From: Thermodesulfobacteriota bacterium
Lineage (GTDB): Bacteria > Desulfobacterota > Desulfobulbia > Desulfobulbales > SURF-16
DNA length: 64,000 nucleotides
NCBI GenBank assembly: GCA_039715015.1
Contig: JBDLIE010000002.1
Coordinates: 1 to 64,000, forward strand
Direction of reading: 5' to 3'
The position numbers and the translations under genes are program-made. The notes beneath the pieces are model-generated. The model searched no databases. It saw only the letters and a list, made by a program, of their open reading frames with translations, and had not been told where the DNA came from. This document shows, one piece after another, positions 20,072-30,526 of the stretch (positions are counted from its first letter, which is position 1; each line of letters opens with the position of its first letter).

Positions 20072-22831
20072 ATGAATCAACGTAGACTGCCGCTCAAGTC
20101 CTTTTCTCTTCTTCTCATACTTTCTTTCCTGCTCCTGCCTGCCTTGAGCCATGCTGCAAACGGCAAGGCCAACACCCTCTTTCTTCCCCTGAAAACAAAA
20201 AGTTTGCAGGGAGACAATTTTAGTCAGGCCATGGACCAGGCCTTCTCAGCAGCAGCAGAGGCCGAGAATCAAGCTTTTTATAATCGTCGAGATACCGCAA
20301 AAAAACTCAACTATGAAGGAATCTGGCCCCCTGCCTTTAAGAAAATAAGGGCCTTTAGTGCCGGGCTTGGCTACGATTATGTCGTCACCGGCAGTGCCAC
20401 CAAGCTCGGGGATCAAATCTCAATCGACTTAACAATCTTTGACCTCATAGATAACACCTCAAGACCTTCTACCTTTGGCCAGGCCACTAAAGCCACCCTG
20501 CAACCCACGGTCAACAAACTTGCCAAAGAAATAACCGCCTTCACAGGTCGCTTTTTTCGTATCGCTTCCATAAACATCAAGGGCAATACCCGCATTGATA
20601 GCGGTGCAATCCTCCGCCATATCGAAAACAGGGCCGGTGATGTTTACAACGCCGCCCTCCTTCGCAAGGATTTACGCTCTATCTTTAAAATGGGCTATTT
20701 TGATGACATTTCCATTGATGTCCGCGGGAGCAACGAAGGCAAACGAATCACCTTCATCGTCAAAGAAAAAGAGATCATTGCCAGGGTGGAAATCAAAGGC
20801 GCCAAGGAAATCAAAGAAGAAGACATCAAAGAGGTGTTGACCGTAACAGCCAACACCATCTACAGCCCTCACCAGGTCAACAAATCTTCAAGCCTTATAC
20901 GCCTACTATATAAATCAAAGGGTTTTTACAACACCAGGGTGACGACCAAAATCACCTACCCCAAAAAAGATTATGTAGCTATTCAGTATAATATCGTCGA
21001 AGGCAAGAAGGTATACATTAAAGATATTGTCTTTAACGGCAACACAACCTTCAGCGACAACGAGCTCCTCGACATTATGATCACCTCTGAAAAGGGCTGG
21101 TTGTCCTGGTTTACAGAGTCAGGAGTTCTTAAAAGAGACTCAGCTAAAGAAGATGCCAATCGTATCGGCGCTTTTTATCAGAATCACGGCTTTGTTGATG
21201 TCAAGATTGGCGAACCTGAAATTGAGAAAAAAGGAAACTGGCTCTATCTCACCTTTAATATCCAAGAGGGGGAACGCTACAAGGTCGGCACCTTTGATCT
21301 CCAGGGAGACCTCCTGGAAGACAAGGCTTCCCTTATGGTTCTCACCAAACTAGGTGATGAACGTTATTTCACCCGGGAAACCCTTCGCAAAGACACACTG
21401 CTTCTCACTGATTTTTATGCCTCCAAGGGCTACGCCTTTGCTGATATCTCCCCAGAGACAAAAAAAGACGTAGAAAATAAACGGGTAAACGTTGTTCTCC
21501 ATATCACTCAGGGTGATCTTGTCCACGTCAACCGCATTATCATTAAAGGAAACAGCCGTACCCGCGACAAGGTCATCCGTAGAAAAATGGTCATCAGTGA
21601 GAATGACATTTACGATGCCACCGCCATTAAAAAATCGACTGCCCGCTTAAGGCGTCTCGACTATTTTGAAGATGTCAGCGTCACCCCGGAACCCACTGAC
21701 GAAGAAAACATGATGGACGTTTTGGTGGAGGTCAAGGAAAAGGCCACTGGTACGTTTTCCATCGGCGCCGGCTATAGCTCGGTGGACAACCTGACCTTCA
21801 TGGCTGAGGTCAGCCAGGAAAATTTCCTGGGCCGAGGCCAGCACCTGACCCTGCAGGCCAATATCGGTGGTTCAAACACCCGCTACAACCTAAAATTCAC
21901 CGAGCCTCACCTCAACGACTCCAAACTCCTCTTTGGCTTTGATCTTTACAGCTGGGAGCATGAATTTGACGACTACACCAAGGACTCCAGCGGTGGCGCG
22001 CTGCGTTTCGGCTACCCGCTTTGGGGAAGGTGGTCTGCCTTTGCCAGTGTGGGCATGGATGACTCAAAGCTCAGTGATCTGAGCGTTGCGGCCTCACAGA
22101 TAATCGTCGATTCCCAGGACATTGAGACCTCTCATTTTATTTCCGGTGGTGTGGTTCGTGACACCAGAGACCGCCGCTACTTACCCACTAAAGGTTCAAG
22201 GAATATCATCTCCACCAAGAAGGCCGGAGGTTTCCTCGGCGGTGACAGTGAGTTCACCAAAACCGAGGCCTCCACAAGCTGGTATTTCCCTGTATTTTGG
22301 AAAGTAGTTTTTCACGCCAAGCTGGCAGCTGGTTACATCAACGAAGATGACCCCGGCAACGAGCTCCTTAATGAGCCAAGCAAGTTACCGGTATATGAAC
22401 GTTTCTACCTCGGTGGCCTCTCCACGGTTCGTGGTTTTGAAAATGGCAGAATTAGCCCCATTGACACCGAAACAAACGAGAGAATCGGTGGTACGGAAAT
22501 GGCCTATGCCAACCTGGAATTTACCTTCCCCCTCTTTGAAGAGGCGGGTTTAAGCGGCGTTGTTTTCTACGATACCGGTCAAGTTTGGGACCGCACTTAT
22601 AAATTCGCTTCCACCGACTCCTTCTACAGTCTCCTCAAAGAGGAGTACGGATATGATCTTGATGATTATTCAAATAACTGGAACGTAGACACACTTCGTC
22701 ATGGCGTGGGTTTTGGTTTCCGCTGGCTGTCCCCCATGGGCCCCCTGCGCCTGGAGTGGGGTAAAAATCTCGACCCCAAAGGTGATGAAGATTCCTCCAT
22801 CTGGGATTTCTCCATCGGTGGTTCATTCTAA
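20072..22831 (+). CDS. bamA: Outer membrane protein assembly factor BamA with an extra N-terminal domain
   Basis: Signal peptide, POTRA repeats, VRGF motif, WLSPMGPL, C-terminal FSIGGSF; start set at ATG 20072. Confidence 0.95.
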   Translation: MNQRRLPLKSFSLLLILSFLLLPALSHAANGKANTLFLPLKTKSLQGDNFSQAMDQAFSAAAEAENQAFYNRRDTAKKLNYEGIWPPAFKKIRAFSAGLGYDYVVTGSATKLGDQISIDLTIFDLIDNTSRPSTFGQATKATLQPTVNKLAKEITAFTGRFFRIASINIKGNTRIDSGAILRHIENRAGDVYNAALLRKDLRSIFKMGYFDDISIDVRGSNEGKRITFIVKEKEIIARVEIKGAKEIKEEDIKEVLTVTANTIYSPHQVNKSSSLIRLLYKSKGFYNTRVTTKITYPKKDYVAIQYNIVEGKKVYIKDIVFNGNTTFSDNELLDIMITSEKGWLSWFTESGVLKRDSAKEDANRIGAFYQNHGFVDVKIGEPEIEKKGNWLYLTFNIQEGERYKVGTFDLQGDLLEDKASLMVLTKLGDERYFTRETLRKDTLLLTDFYASKGYAFADISPETKKDVENKRVNVVLHITQGDLVHVNRIIIKGNSRTRDKVIRRKMVISENDIYDATAIKKSTARLRRLDYFEDVSVTPEPTDEENMMDVLVEVKEKATGTFSIGAGYSSVDNLTFMAEVSQENFLGRGQHLTLQANIGGSNTRYNLKFTEPHLNDSKLLFGFDLYSWEHEFDDYTKDSSGGALRFGYPLWGRWSAFASVGMDDSKLSDLSVAASQIIVDSQDIETSHFISGGVVRDTRDRRYLPTKGSRNIISTKKAGGFLGGDSEFTKTEASTSWYFPVFWKVVFHAKLAAGYINEDDPGNELLNEPSKLPVYERFYLGGLSTVRGFENGRISPIDTETNERIGGTEMAYANLEFTFPLFEEAGLSGVVFYDTGQVWDRTYKFASTDSFYSLLKEEYGYDLDDYSNNWNVDTLRHGVGFGFRWLSPMGPLRLEWGKNLDPKGDEDSSIWDFSIGGSF

Positions 22832-22858
22832 AGCCCGGAAAGCCTAATCATATTTTTT

Positions 22859-22901
22859 TCGCCATGGCAGCTTATCGTGCTGCTGTGGCGATTCTTTTTT
22901 T
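22859..22901 (+). terminator. Rho-independent terminator after bamA
   Basis: TCGCCATGGCAGC-N7-GCTGCTGTGGCGA stem followed by a TTCTTTTTTT run. Confidence 0.75.
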
Positions 22902-22911
22902 GTAGCAAACC

Positions 22912-25900
22912 ATGGAACAACTGCTTAACCACATAAAAAAAGGCGCTCCAGGCGAGATATCTCACGTATCAGGTCTTCGCCCGCCAGCTCTCGCTCTTTT
23001 TGCCGCCCGTTGCCTTGAGGAGATGAACCGGCCTCTTCTTCTCATTGCCCCCAATGAGGATATTGCCGCAACCATGGAGAGGGACCTGCGCATCTTCACC
23101 AGCAAGCAGGTCCTTAATTTTCCCAGTTACGACATTCCGCCCTACACCCCGCTTAGCCCTGATCCTCACACCGTATCTGCCCGCCTTTCCACTCTTTATC
23201 AGATGGTGGAAGGTGAAAACTATGCGACAGTGATCGCCGCAGATGCCCTTCTCCGGAGAATTGCCCCTGTTAATCTCCTTGATAATCTGGCAGAGCTTAT
23301 CGAGGCCGGTGAAGATATTGACCGAGACGACCTTGTCGTCAAACTGACGAACAGCGGTTACGAACATGTTTCACTGGTGCAAAACAGCGGAGAGTTCACG
23401 GTCCGTGGCGGCATTATCGACATTTTCCCACCCTCCTTTGCCATTGCCGGCACTGAGGGAGTCGACGCCCCCCTCCGCCTCGATTTTTTTGGCGATACAG
23501 TTGAATCCATCCGTTATTTTGACCCCATCAGTCAGCGCTCAATCAAAGAAGTTTCAGAAACCATCCTCTTACCGGTGAGTGACATTCTTTTCCCGGGAGG
23601 CGATAGCGATTGTCGCACCATTGCCTCATCCTTTGCCTCTTTGGCTGAAAAAGAAGGCTGGTCTTCTGAAGCGAGTCATAAAATCAAAGAGTATCTTGGC
23701 GAAAAATGCCCCTTTCCTGGTATTGAATTCTTTCTCCCTCTTTTTTATGAAAACACGGATACAGTGCTTGATGTCCTGCCGGAGAACACTCTGATTATCG
23801 AGGTCAACTCTCTTGCGCAGCACCAATCCCTGCAACTTGTCCGCGAACGAATTGATTCTAACTACCAAGAGGCAAAACTAACAAGCCAGCCAGCGTTAAA
23901 ACCTTCCCAGCTCTTTCTTGGCGAAGACGATCTGGAGCGTCAACTCTCCTCCTTCAGCAGGCTACAGGTTCATGACTTTGTAAGTCCGGATCAAGAGACG
24001 CTGGCAATTTCTTGCGGAAACCACACCCTGCTCAAACAGGATCTTGATCTTCGTCGGCAAAAAGAAGGCTTGCTCAGTCCCCTTGTCCACCATATCCAGA
24101 CCCTGCAGGAACAAGGACATCAGGCCATTATCAGCTGCCGTTCCGCCCGCCACCTCCACAACCTCCATGATATTCTGAGTCAGCATGGCCTGGATATCAG
24201 AGTGCAGGAGCTGCCCTTCACAAATCAGCAATCTAACTCTGAACAGGTGGTCTTGGTTCCGGAGTCTTTGAGTCAGGGCTTTGATCTGCCCCTGGAAAAA
24301 ATTCATTTCTTTTCCGAAACCGAGCTGTTCGGCGAAAAACAGCTCGGTCCACGCAGGAGGCGCAAGCATCCAGCCGCTGGTGACTCAGTGAGCTTTGACC
24401 AGCTCGCCAATGGGGAACTGATTGTCCATTCCACCCACGGCATCGGCATGTACCAGGGCATTGTTAATATGACCTTGGGCGCCATCAGCAACGATTTTCT
24501 CCACATCGAGTTCAAGGATAACGACAAGCTCTATGTGCCCATCGACCGCATCAATACAGTCAGCAAATATAAGGGCCTATCAGATAAGAAACCAAAGATA
24601 GATGCCTTGGGAGGCAAGGCCTGGGCCAAAACCAAGAGCAAGGTCAAGGAAGCTGTTTGGAAGGTGGCCCAGGATCTCCTCAAACTCTATGCCAAGAGAC
24701 AGGTCGCCGAAGGGCATGCCTTTTCAGAACCTGGGGAACTCTTCCATGAGCTGACGGAATCCTTTCCCTATAATGAAACCGAAGGCCAACTTAATTCCAT
24801 TAACAGCTGCCTTGACGATCTTACCTCGCAGCGTACCATGGACCGCTTAGTCTGCGGCGATGTTGGTTATGGGAAGACCGAGGTTGCCATCCGCGCTGCT
24901 TTTAAGGTTGTGGAAGACGGCTTTCAGGTGGCTGTTTTGGTCCCCACCACCGTTCTTGCCGAGCAGCATGCCGAGTCTTTTAAGGAACGTTTTGCCGGCT
25001 TCCCGGTCCGGGTGGAAAGTCTGAACCGCTTCCGGTCAACCAAGGAACAAAGAGAGATCATCAAGGACCTTAGCAACGGCCAGGTGGATGTTCTTATTGG
25101 CACCCATCGACTCTTATCCAAAGATGTTTCTTTTAACCGCCTGGGCCTACTTATTATTGATGAGGAACATCGTTTTGGCGTCACCCATAAAGAAAAACTC
25201 AAAAAACTGCGCCATAATGTTGATGTTCTCACCCTAACAGCCACCCCTATTCCCCGTACCCTCCAGCTCTCCTTGCTTGGCGTCCGTGATCTGTCGGTGA
25301 TCAGCTCGCCTCCCCAGCATCGGCGCAGTGTGAAGACCTTTGTGGCCCGCCATGACGATCTGGTCATTAAAGAGGCGGTCATTAAGGAGATGCAGCGTGG
25401 CGGCCAGGTGTTTCTGGTCCATAACCGGGTGCAGTCCATCCACGAGGTTGCCCGCCGTCTGCAGAAGCTGGTTCCTGAGGCGCGAGTGGCCGTAGCCCAC
25501 GGCCAGATGCCGGGCAAGGTCCTGGAAGAGATCATGGTTGATTTTGTCAACCACCGTATCGATGTCTTGATCTGCACCACGATCATTGAATCAGGCCTTG
25601 ATATCCCAAATGCCAATACGATTATTATCACTCGGGCTGACCGTCTCGGTTTAGCTGGCATTTACCAGCTCCGAGGCAGGGTTGGCCGTTCCCGAAAACA
25701 GGCCTATGCTTATCTGCTGGTGCCGTCACTTGACGGTCTTTCAAAGGATGCAAAACAACGCCTCCGGGCCTTGATGGACTATAATGAACTGGGTGGCGGT
25801 TTCAAACTTGCCATGAGCGACCTGCAGATTCGCGGCGGTGGCAATATCCTCGGGGAATCCCAAAGCGGCAATATCGCGGCGGTGGGCTATGACCTCTATC

Positions 25901-26424
25901 TCGATCTTTTGCAACGAACCGTAGAAGACCTCAAAAGACGGGGACTTGAAGGTGATCAGCAAGAACAGGTCCCTGACTTCGAACCGGAGATCAACCTCCA
26001 GCTTTCAGCGCTGATTCCAACCTCGTACATCCTTGACACGGAACAACGTTATATTGCCTACCGGAAAATCTCCAGCATTGCCGAGATGGACCTTCTTGCA
26101 GATCTGCGTGAAGAGCTTGTAGACCGCTATGGCAAAATCCCTTCGCAGACAGAAAATTTACTGCAAATTATTGAACTAAAAATGATGATGCGGCCTCTTT
26201 GTATTGCCAAGCTTGATCAGGGGCCGGGCTCCCTGGCTTTTTCCTTTATGGAAGAAACACCAGTGGCGCCGGAGCAGATACTGCTCATGGTTCAACACTC
26301 CAGAGGAACCATGCGTCTTACTCCAGATAACAGGCTGGTGGTGACTGCTTCCACCAAGAGTAGTGATGCCATTTTTTCCTCGACGAAAAAAGTCTTGCGG
26401 CAGCTCATGGCGGATGATATATAA
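22912..26424 (+). CDS. mfd: Transcription-repair coupling factor
   Basis: UvrB-like N-terminus, CarD-like RID, GDVGYGKT, IIDEEHRFG, QLRGRVGR, TRCF C-terminal domain. Confidence 0.97.
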   Translation: MEQLLNHIKKGAPGEISHVSGLRPPALALFAARCLEEMNRPLLLIAPNEDIAATMERDLRIFTSKQVLNFPSYDIPPYTPLSPDPHTVSARLSTLYQMVEGENYATVIAADALLRRIAPVNLLDNLAELIEAGEDIDRDDLVVKLTNSGYEHVSLVQNSGEFTVRGGIIDIFPPSFAIAGTEGVDAPLRLDFFGDTVESIRYFDPISQRSIKEVSETILLPVSDILFPGGDSDCRTIASSFASLAEKEGWSSEASHKIKEYLGEKCPFPGIEFFLPLFYENTDTVLDVLPENTLIIEVNSLAQHQSLQLVRERIDSNYQEAKLTSQPALKPSQLFLGEDDLERQLSSFSRLQVHDFVSPDQETLAISCGNHTLLKQDLDLRRQKEGLLSPLVHHIQTLQEQGHQAIISCRSARHLHNLHDILSQHGLDIRVQELPFTNQQSNSEQVVLVPESLSQGFDLPLEKIHFFSETELFGEKQLGPRRRRKHPAAGDSVSFDQLANGELIVHSTHGIGMYQGIVNMTLGAISNDFLHIEFKDNDKLYVPIDRINTVSKYKGLSDKKPKIDALGGKAWAKTKSKVKEAVWKVAQDLLKLYAKRQVAEGHAFSEPGELFHELTESFPYNETEGQLNSINSCLDDLTSQRTMDRLVCGDVGYGKTEVAIRAAFKVVEDGFQVAVLVPTTVLAEQHAESFKERFAGFPVRVESLNRFRSTKEQREIIKDLSNGQVDVLIGTHRLLSKDVSFNRLGLLIIDEEHRFGVTHKEKLKKLRHNVDVLTLTATPIPRTLQLSLLGVRDLSVISSPPQHRRSVKTFVARHDDLVIKEAVIKEMQRGGQVFLVHNRVQSIHEVARRLQKLVPEARVAVAHGQMPGKVLEEIMVDFVNHRIDVLICTTIIESGLDIPNANTIIITRADRLGLAGIYQLRGRVGRSRKQAYAYLLVPSLDGLSKDAKQRLRALMDYNELGGGFKLAMSDLQIRGGGNILGESQSGNIAAVGYDLYLDLLQRTVEDLKRRGLEGDQQEQVPDFEPEINLQLSALIPTSYILDTEQRYIAYRKISSIAEMDLLADLREELVDRYGKIPSQTENLLQIIELKMMMRPLCIAKLDQGPGSLAFSFMEETPVAPEQILLMVQHSRGTMRLTPDNRLVVTASTKSSDAIFSSTKKVLRQLMADDI

Positions 26425-26483
26425 CATCTAACTTCCTATCATAACGTAAAAAATTGCCATCTTTAATCTCTTTATCACACCCT

Positions 26484-27452
26484 ATGTTTTCCACTATTCG
26501 TATTCTTGTTTTTCTGCTTTTGTTTCCCTCGCTGGCTTTAGCCGAAGTTATTGACCGTGTTGTAGCTGTGGTCAATGATGACCTTATTACCCTTTCGGAA
26601 CTAAACAATGAGGGGGCCCTGCACTTTGAAAAAATACGTGAACAGGCCCCTCTTGAAGAACGGGCCCAAGCCCTTGCCGAAGCGCGACAAACCATTCTTT
26701 CTGGTCTCATCGAACGGAAACTCATTGCCCAACGTGCAGCAAAACGCGGCATTACGATTCAGGATGAGGAAATAGAAATGCAGTACTTCCGGATCATGGA
26801 GCAAAATAACTTAACGGAAGAGGCATTCAAAGCCGAACTTGCCAAGGCTGGCATTACCCCGAAGATGTACAAGAATAACCTGCGCAGCCAGATTATCCGC
26901 CAGCGTTTGATCAGCGTTGAGATCCGCTCAAAGGTAGTCATAACCAACGAGCAAATTGAAGAGTATTACAGCACCCAGTATGGCCAACAGGGCGAAGGAG
27001 ACGGTCTTCATATTCTTCAGATCGGTTGCTTATGGGGACAGGGGGGTAAATCCGCGAATAAAAATGAGGCTCAAATGCGGGCCAAACAGCTCCGCGGCAT
27101 GGTTATGGCCGGCGAGAATTTTAAAGAAATCGCCAAGTCATACTCTGATCTGCCCTCGGCTGTGGATGGTGGTGACATCGGTATTTTTCTTCGTGATGAA
27201 CTTTCCACCGCTATGCAGGAAGGCCTCACAGGACTTCGTCCTGGTGAGGTAAGTAACATTATTGAAAGTGGCAAGAGTTTTCAATTTTTCAAACTCCTAT
27301 CAACCAAGTCAGGAAGCACCATTACCCAGGCACCCTTGGAGACAGTACGTGAAGAAATCCGCGCCTTATTGCACGAACAACGGTTAAAGGAAAAATTTGA
27401 CCTTTGGGTCACGCAACTCCGCGAGCTTTCCTACGTTAAAGAACAACTTTAA
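26484..27452 (+). CDS. surA: SurA-type periplasmic chaperone / parvulin PPIase
   Basis: Signal peptide, DRVVAVVNDDLITLSEL, parvulin motif FKEIAKSYS...GGDIG; start set at ATG 26484. Confidence 0.85.
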   Translation: MFSTIRILVFLLLFPSLALAEVIDRVVAVVNDDLITLSELNNEGALHFEKIREQAPLEERAQALAEARQTILSGLIERKLIAQRAAKRGITIQDEEIEMQYFRIMEQNNLTEEAFKAELAKAGITPKMYKNNLRSQIIRQRLISVEIRSKVVITNEQIEEYYSTQYGQQGEGDGLHILQIGCLWGQGGKSANKNEAQMRAKQLRGMVMAGENFKEIAKSYSDLPSAVDGGDIGIFLRDELSTAMQEGLTGLRPGEVSNIIESGKSFQFFKLLSTKSGSTITQAPLETVREEIRALLHEQRLKEKFDLWVTQLRELSYVKEQL

Positions 27453-27614
27453 TATGCACTCCTCTTGTTACAACCACAAGAAGAACTAGAACTACACCTC
27501 ATTAACTTCCATCAGGATTTGCACCATAAGTCTTTGTGAACTATAGTAAAAAGTTGTTTCAATCTGCTTAAATCTGTTTTTTTCCAAGTTTCACATCTTC
27601 CAGTAGGGGATCAC

Positions 27615-28691
27615 ATGACCCAGGAAAACAGCAAAAACGAATTGACTGCAAACGATGAAAAATCAGGCACTGAGACCAATCAGTCATTGGGCCTCTATCT
27701 CCAACGGCAACGGCAACGGAAAAAACAGTCCATCGAGGAGGTTTCCGTAGCAACCCGCATCACTCCTGAAACATTACACGCCCTTGAGTCAGGCAACAGG
27801 GGCCTTCTTCCCCTTGCAGTTTTCACAAAAGGTTTTGTGAAAATTTATGCGGCCCATCTTGGTCTTAATCAAGCTGATATCCTCGAAAGATTCAGTAATG
27901 AATGGGGCAACGTAACAAACACACCACCTGAGATCTTATCAGGAGAAAGCATGGCTGAATCTTCACCCTTCTTTCTCTCATCGCGCTTCTTTTTTCTTCT
28001 TCTCCTCATTGTTATTGTCATAAGTCTGGCCTGCTTTTTCTTTCAGGCCGACGACACCCCATCCCCTGCCGCCCTGACGACAATTCCCAATCCTCAGGAA
28101 CAAACGAGCCCTCCGCTTGTTATTAAACAAAAGGAGGTTAAGCAATTAAAAATCATTGCCTCTACCCCTCCCCAGCAAACTCTTTTGGTGTCTCCGAAAT
28201 CAGCCGGGAAAATACCTTTAGAGGGTGACGACGAGCAAACTCAAGCTCCAACTATTGAGCCGGTAGTTGATGACCAGATGCTCAAAGAAAAAAGCTCTTC
28301 ATCTGAAACTTCTCCGCCAACCACCACTCCAGCAAAAATCAGCGTCGAACCTGTTACACCTGAGCCGAAAACCCTTGCTCAGCAGGATGTTTCACCCACG
28401 GTTATCAAAAATGAGGAGACAGAACATCTCCCAAGCCTTTTCCAATCGTTGAACCTCCACATCCGCTTTCTCAAAAAAACACGTATTTCCATTACCCAGG
28501 ATGATGATCACCCTGAGAAATATATATTCAACTCAGGGGAAGAAAGCACCTGGGTTGCGGCAAGCCATATCACCCTCCATGTTGATACCGCAGATGCCGT
28601 GGAACTCACCCTAAACGGCTCCCCTGTTCCCATTGACAACAGCCATGACGGCCCCCTTGCCATCACCCTCCCCCCAGACGTTTTCCCCTAA
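27615..28691 (+). CDS. rodZ: RodZ-like cytoskeleton protein (HTH, TM, DUF4115)
   Basis: N-terminal HTH_25 (SIEEVSVATRI...KGFVKIYAAHLGL), single TM, Pro/Thr-rich linker, C-terminal VELTLNG. Confidence 0.8.
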   Translation: MTQENSKNELTANDEKSGTETNQSLGLYLQRQRQRKKQSIEEVSVATRITPETLHALESGNRGLLPLAVFTKGFVKIYAAHLGLNQADILERFSNEWGNVTNTPPEILSGESMAESSPFFLSSRFFFLLLLIVIVISLACFFFQADDTPSPAALTTIPNPQEQTSPPLVIKQKEVKQLKIIASTPPQQTLLVSPKSAGKIPLEGDDEQTQAPTIEPVVDDQMLKEKSSSSETSPPTTTPAKISVEPVTPEPKTLAQQDVSPTVIKNEETEHLPSLFQSLNLHIRFLKKTRISITQDDDHPEKYIFNSGEESTWVAASHITLHVDTADAVELTLNGSPVPIDNSHDGPLAITLPPDVFP

Positions 28692-28693
28692 AA

Positions 28694-29464
28694 ATGGCAA
28701 GGCACGAAACCGAGGCCTTGGTTCTAAAGATTTTCGACCATGGTGAATCTGATAAGATTATTACCTTTTTCACCCTTGATCTCGGCAAAATAACGGCCAT
28801 TGCCAAAGGCGCAAAGAGAAGCAAAAAACGTTTTGTCGGCAAACTTGAGCTTTTTAACCATCTCAATATCGTTGTTGCCGACAATAAGTACTCTTCCCTG
28901 ATGCGCGTTGATGAAGCAGAACTTCTCAACCCATTTCCTGCCCTTCGCGCAAATTACGGACGTTTTGTCTGTTCCACCCTTGTCTGTGAACTCATCTTAG
29001 GCTGGACTGCTGATCATGACAGGGATGACAACATTTTCCAGCTCCTTGCCTGGACGTACAACCAGCTCACAACCAGCAAACCTATACCGACCCTTCTTCT
29101 CTTTCAGCTTCACCTGTTAACACTCCTGGGATTTCACCTTCATCTTTCATCCTGTGCTCAATGTGGAGCACAAGTAAGCAATAGAGAGAATTTTGTTTTT
29201 GTTTCCGCCAAAAACGGCGTGATCTGCAGCAAATGTTTTACGGGTGAAGCCAGGGACAACACCTCAGTCCAGCTTTCTCTTGGCACCATCAAGATTCTTG
29301 AAAAGGCCAGGGAACTTAGCGCTGATAAATGGCCCCGTCTTCATTTTTCAAAACAATCACTTAAAGAAGCCATCGCCCTTTTCCAAAATCATAATTCCTT
29401 TCTGCTCCAACGTGACATCCTTTCGTGGAAGGAACTTCAAGGCCTTTCCCCCTCATCTTACTAA
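28694..29464 (+). CDS. recO: DNA repair protein RecO
   Basis: GESDKIITFFT..GKITAIAKGAKRSKKRF; CAQC...CSKC zinc finger. Confidence 0.93.
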   Translation: MARHETEALVLKIFDHGESDKIITFFTLDLGKITAIAKGAKRSKKRFVGKLELFNHLNIVVADNKYSSLMRVDEAELLNPFPALRANYGRFVCSTLVCELILGWTADHDRDDNIFQLLAWTYNQLTTSKPIPTLLLFQLHLLTLLGFHLHLSSCAQCGAQVSNRENFVFVSAKNGVICSKCFTGEARDNTSVQLSLGTIKILEKARELSADKWPRLHFSKQSLKEAIALFQNHNSFLLQRDILSWKELQGLSPSSY

Positions 29465-29487
29465 CGATATTAATAACAGCCGGAGCT

Positions 29488-30507
29488 ATGCTGAAAAAAC
29501 AATTACCGCCATACGCCCTGCAATGGATAGGCCTTTCTACGGCCGTGCTGCTTTTGGCCTTGGCTCTTTTCCTGACCATGACCAAACGCCATGAAAGAAA
29601 GGTTGACAATGTCCTCATGCCTCTCACCAGCCAGAGCAAGCACATTCCCTTTACGTCACTGCCCCAGGAACTCTCTGTTTCTTCAGCCCGAGAAGTTTGG
29701 GATTATTATCAGAGGATTGGTTTCACCATGGAAAACCTGGCCAGTGGCCATGTTGACGTGCCCCGTATCTACCTTGCCAACATTATTAATACGTGGGCGA
29801 GGGACGAAAGCATTGCCTTCAAGAAATCACTCTTCTACCGAACCATGCTGCCGCTTATTCTGCGTATTAATGAGCTCATTGCCGCTGAACGCAAACAGCT
29901 GATCAGCCTTCTTGCCAAAAAGAAAAAAACAGAAATCAACCTATCAGAATCCACCTGGCTCCATGAACTGGCTGTCGATTATAAGGTGGTTAGCAGGTCG
30001 TATAGTAAAGCTCTTTCAGAAAAGCATCTTGCTGCCCTCCTGCGCAGGGTGGACATTATTCCTACTTCCATGGCCCTTGGCCAGGCTGCCTATGAAAGTG
30101 CCTATGCCACCTCCCGTTTTGCCATGGAAGGCAACGCCCTCTTTGGCCAATGGCGCTGGGGGAGCGGCCTGCGTCCGGCAAATCAGCGTAGCGAATTGGG
30201 AGATTATCGCATTGCTGATTTTGTGACGCCCCTTGACTCCATGGCGGCCTTTGCAAAGAATCTCAACACCAACAAGGCATACTTAGAGTTCAGACGTCTC
30301 CGCAGCGGCATGCGCAAGAGAAATGAACCCCTTGACGGCTACGCTCTGGCAGCTGGGCTAGAAAAATACTCGGAGAAAGGAAAAACATACGTAGAGACTC
30401 TGCGCGGCATGATTAGCCAAAATAACCTGACTATGCTGGACAAGGTCAAACTTGGCAATGGGCGGCCAGTCAGCCTTATTCCTAACTGGACGGAGCAAGA
30501 TAAATAA
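29488..30507 (+). CDS. Bax-like glucosaminidase domain protein (peptidoglycan hydrolase)
   Basis: N-terminal TM, RRVDIIPTSMALGQAAYESAYATSRFAMEGNALFGQW, NLNTNKAY, YSEKG; start ATG 29488 follows GGAG. Confidence 0.85.
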   Translation: MLKKQLPPYALQWIGLSTAVLLLALALFLTMTKRHERKVDNVLMPLTSQSKHIPFTSLPQELSVSSAREVWDYYQRIGFTMENLASGHVDVPRIYLANIINTWARDESIAFKKSLFYRTMLPLILRINELIAAERKQLISLLAKKKKTEINLSESTWLHELAVDYKVVSRSYSKALSEKHLAALLRRVDIIPTSMALGQAAYESAYATSRFAMEGNALFGQWRWGSGLRPANQRSELGDYRIADFVTPLDSMAAFAKNLNTNKAYLEFRRLRSGMRKRNEPLDGYALAAGLEKYSEKGKTYVETLRGMISQNNLTMLDKVKLGNGRPVSLIPNWTEQDK

Positions 30508-30526
30508 AGCTTAGATAACCAGCCTG

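Noticed and set aside
24924..25661. Long antisense ORFs (also 2947-3588, 34532-35278, 42542-43435, 52286-53386)
   Set aside because: They lie opposite well-supported genes and carry no motifs; codon-bias shadows
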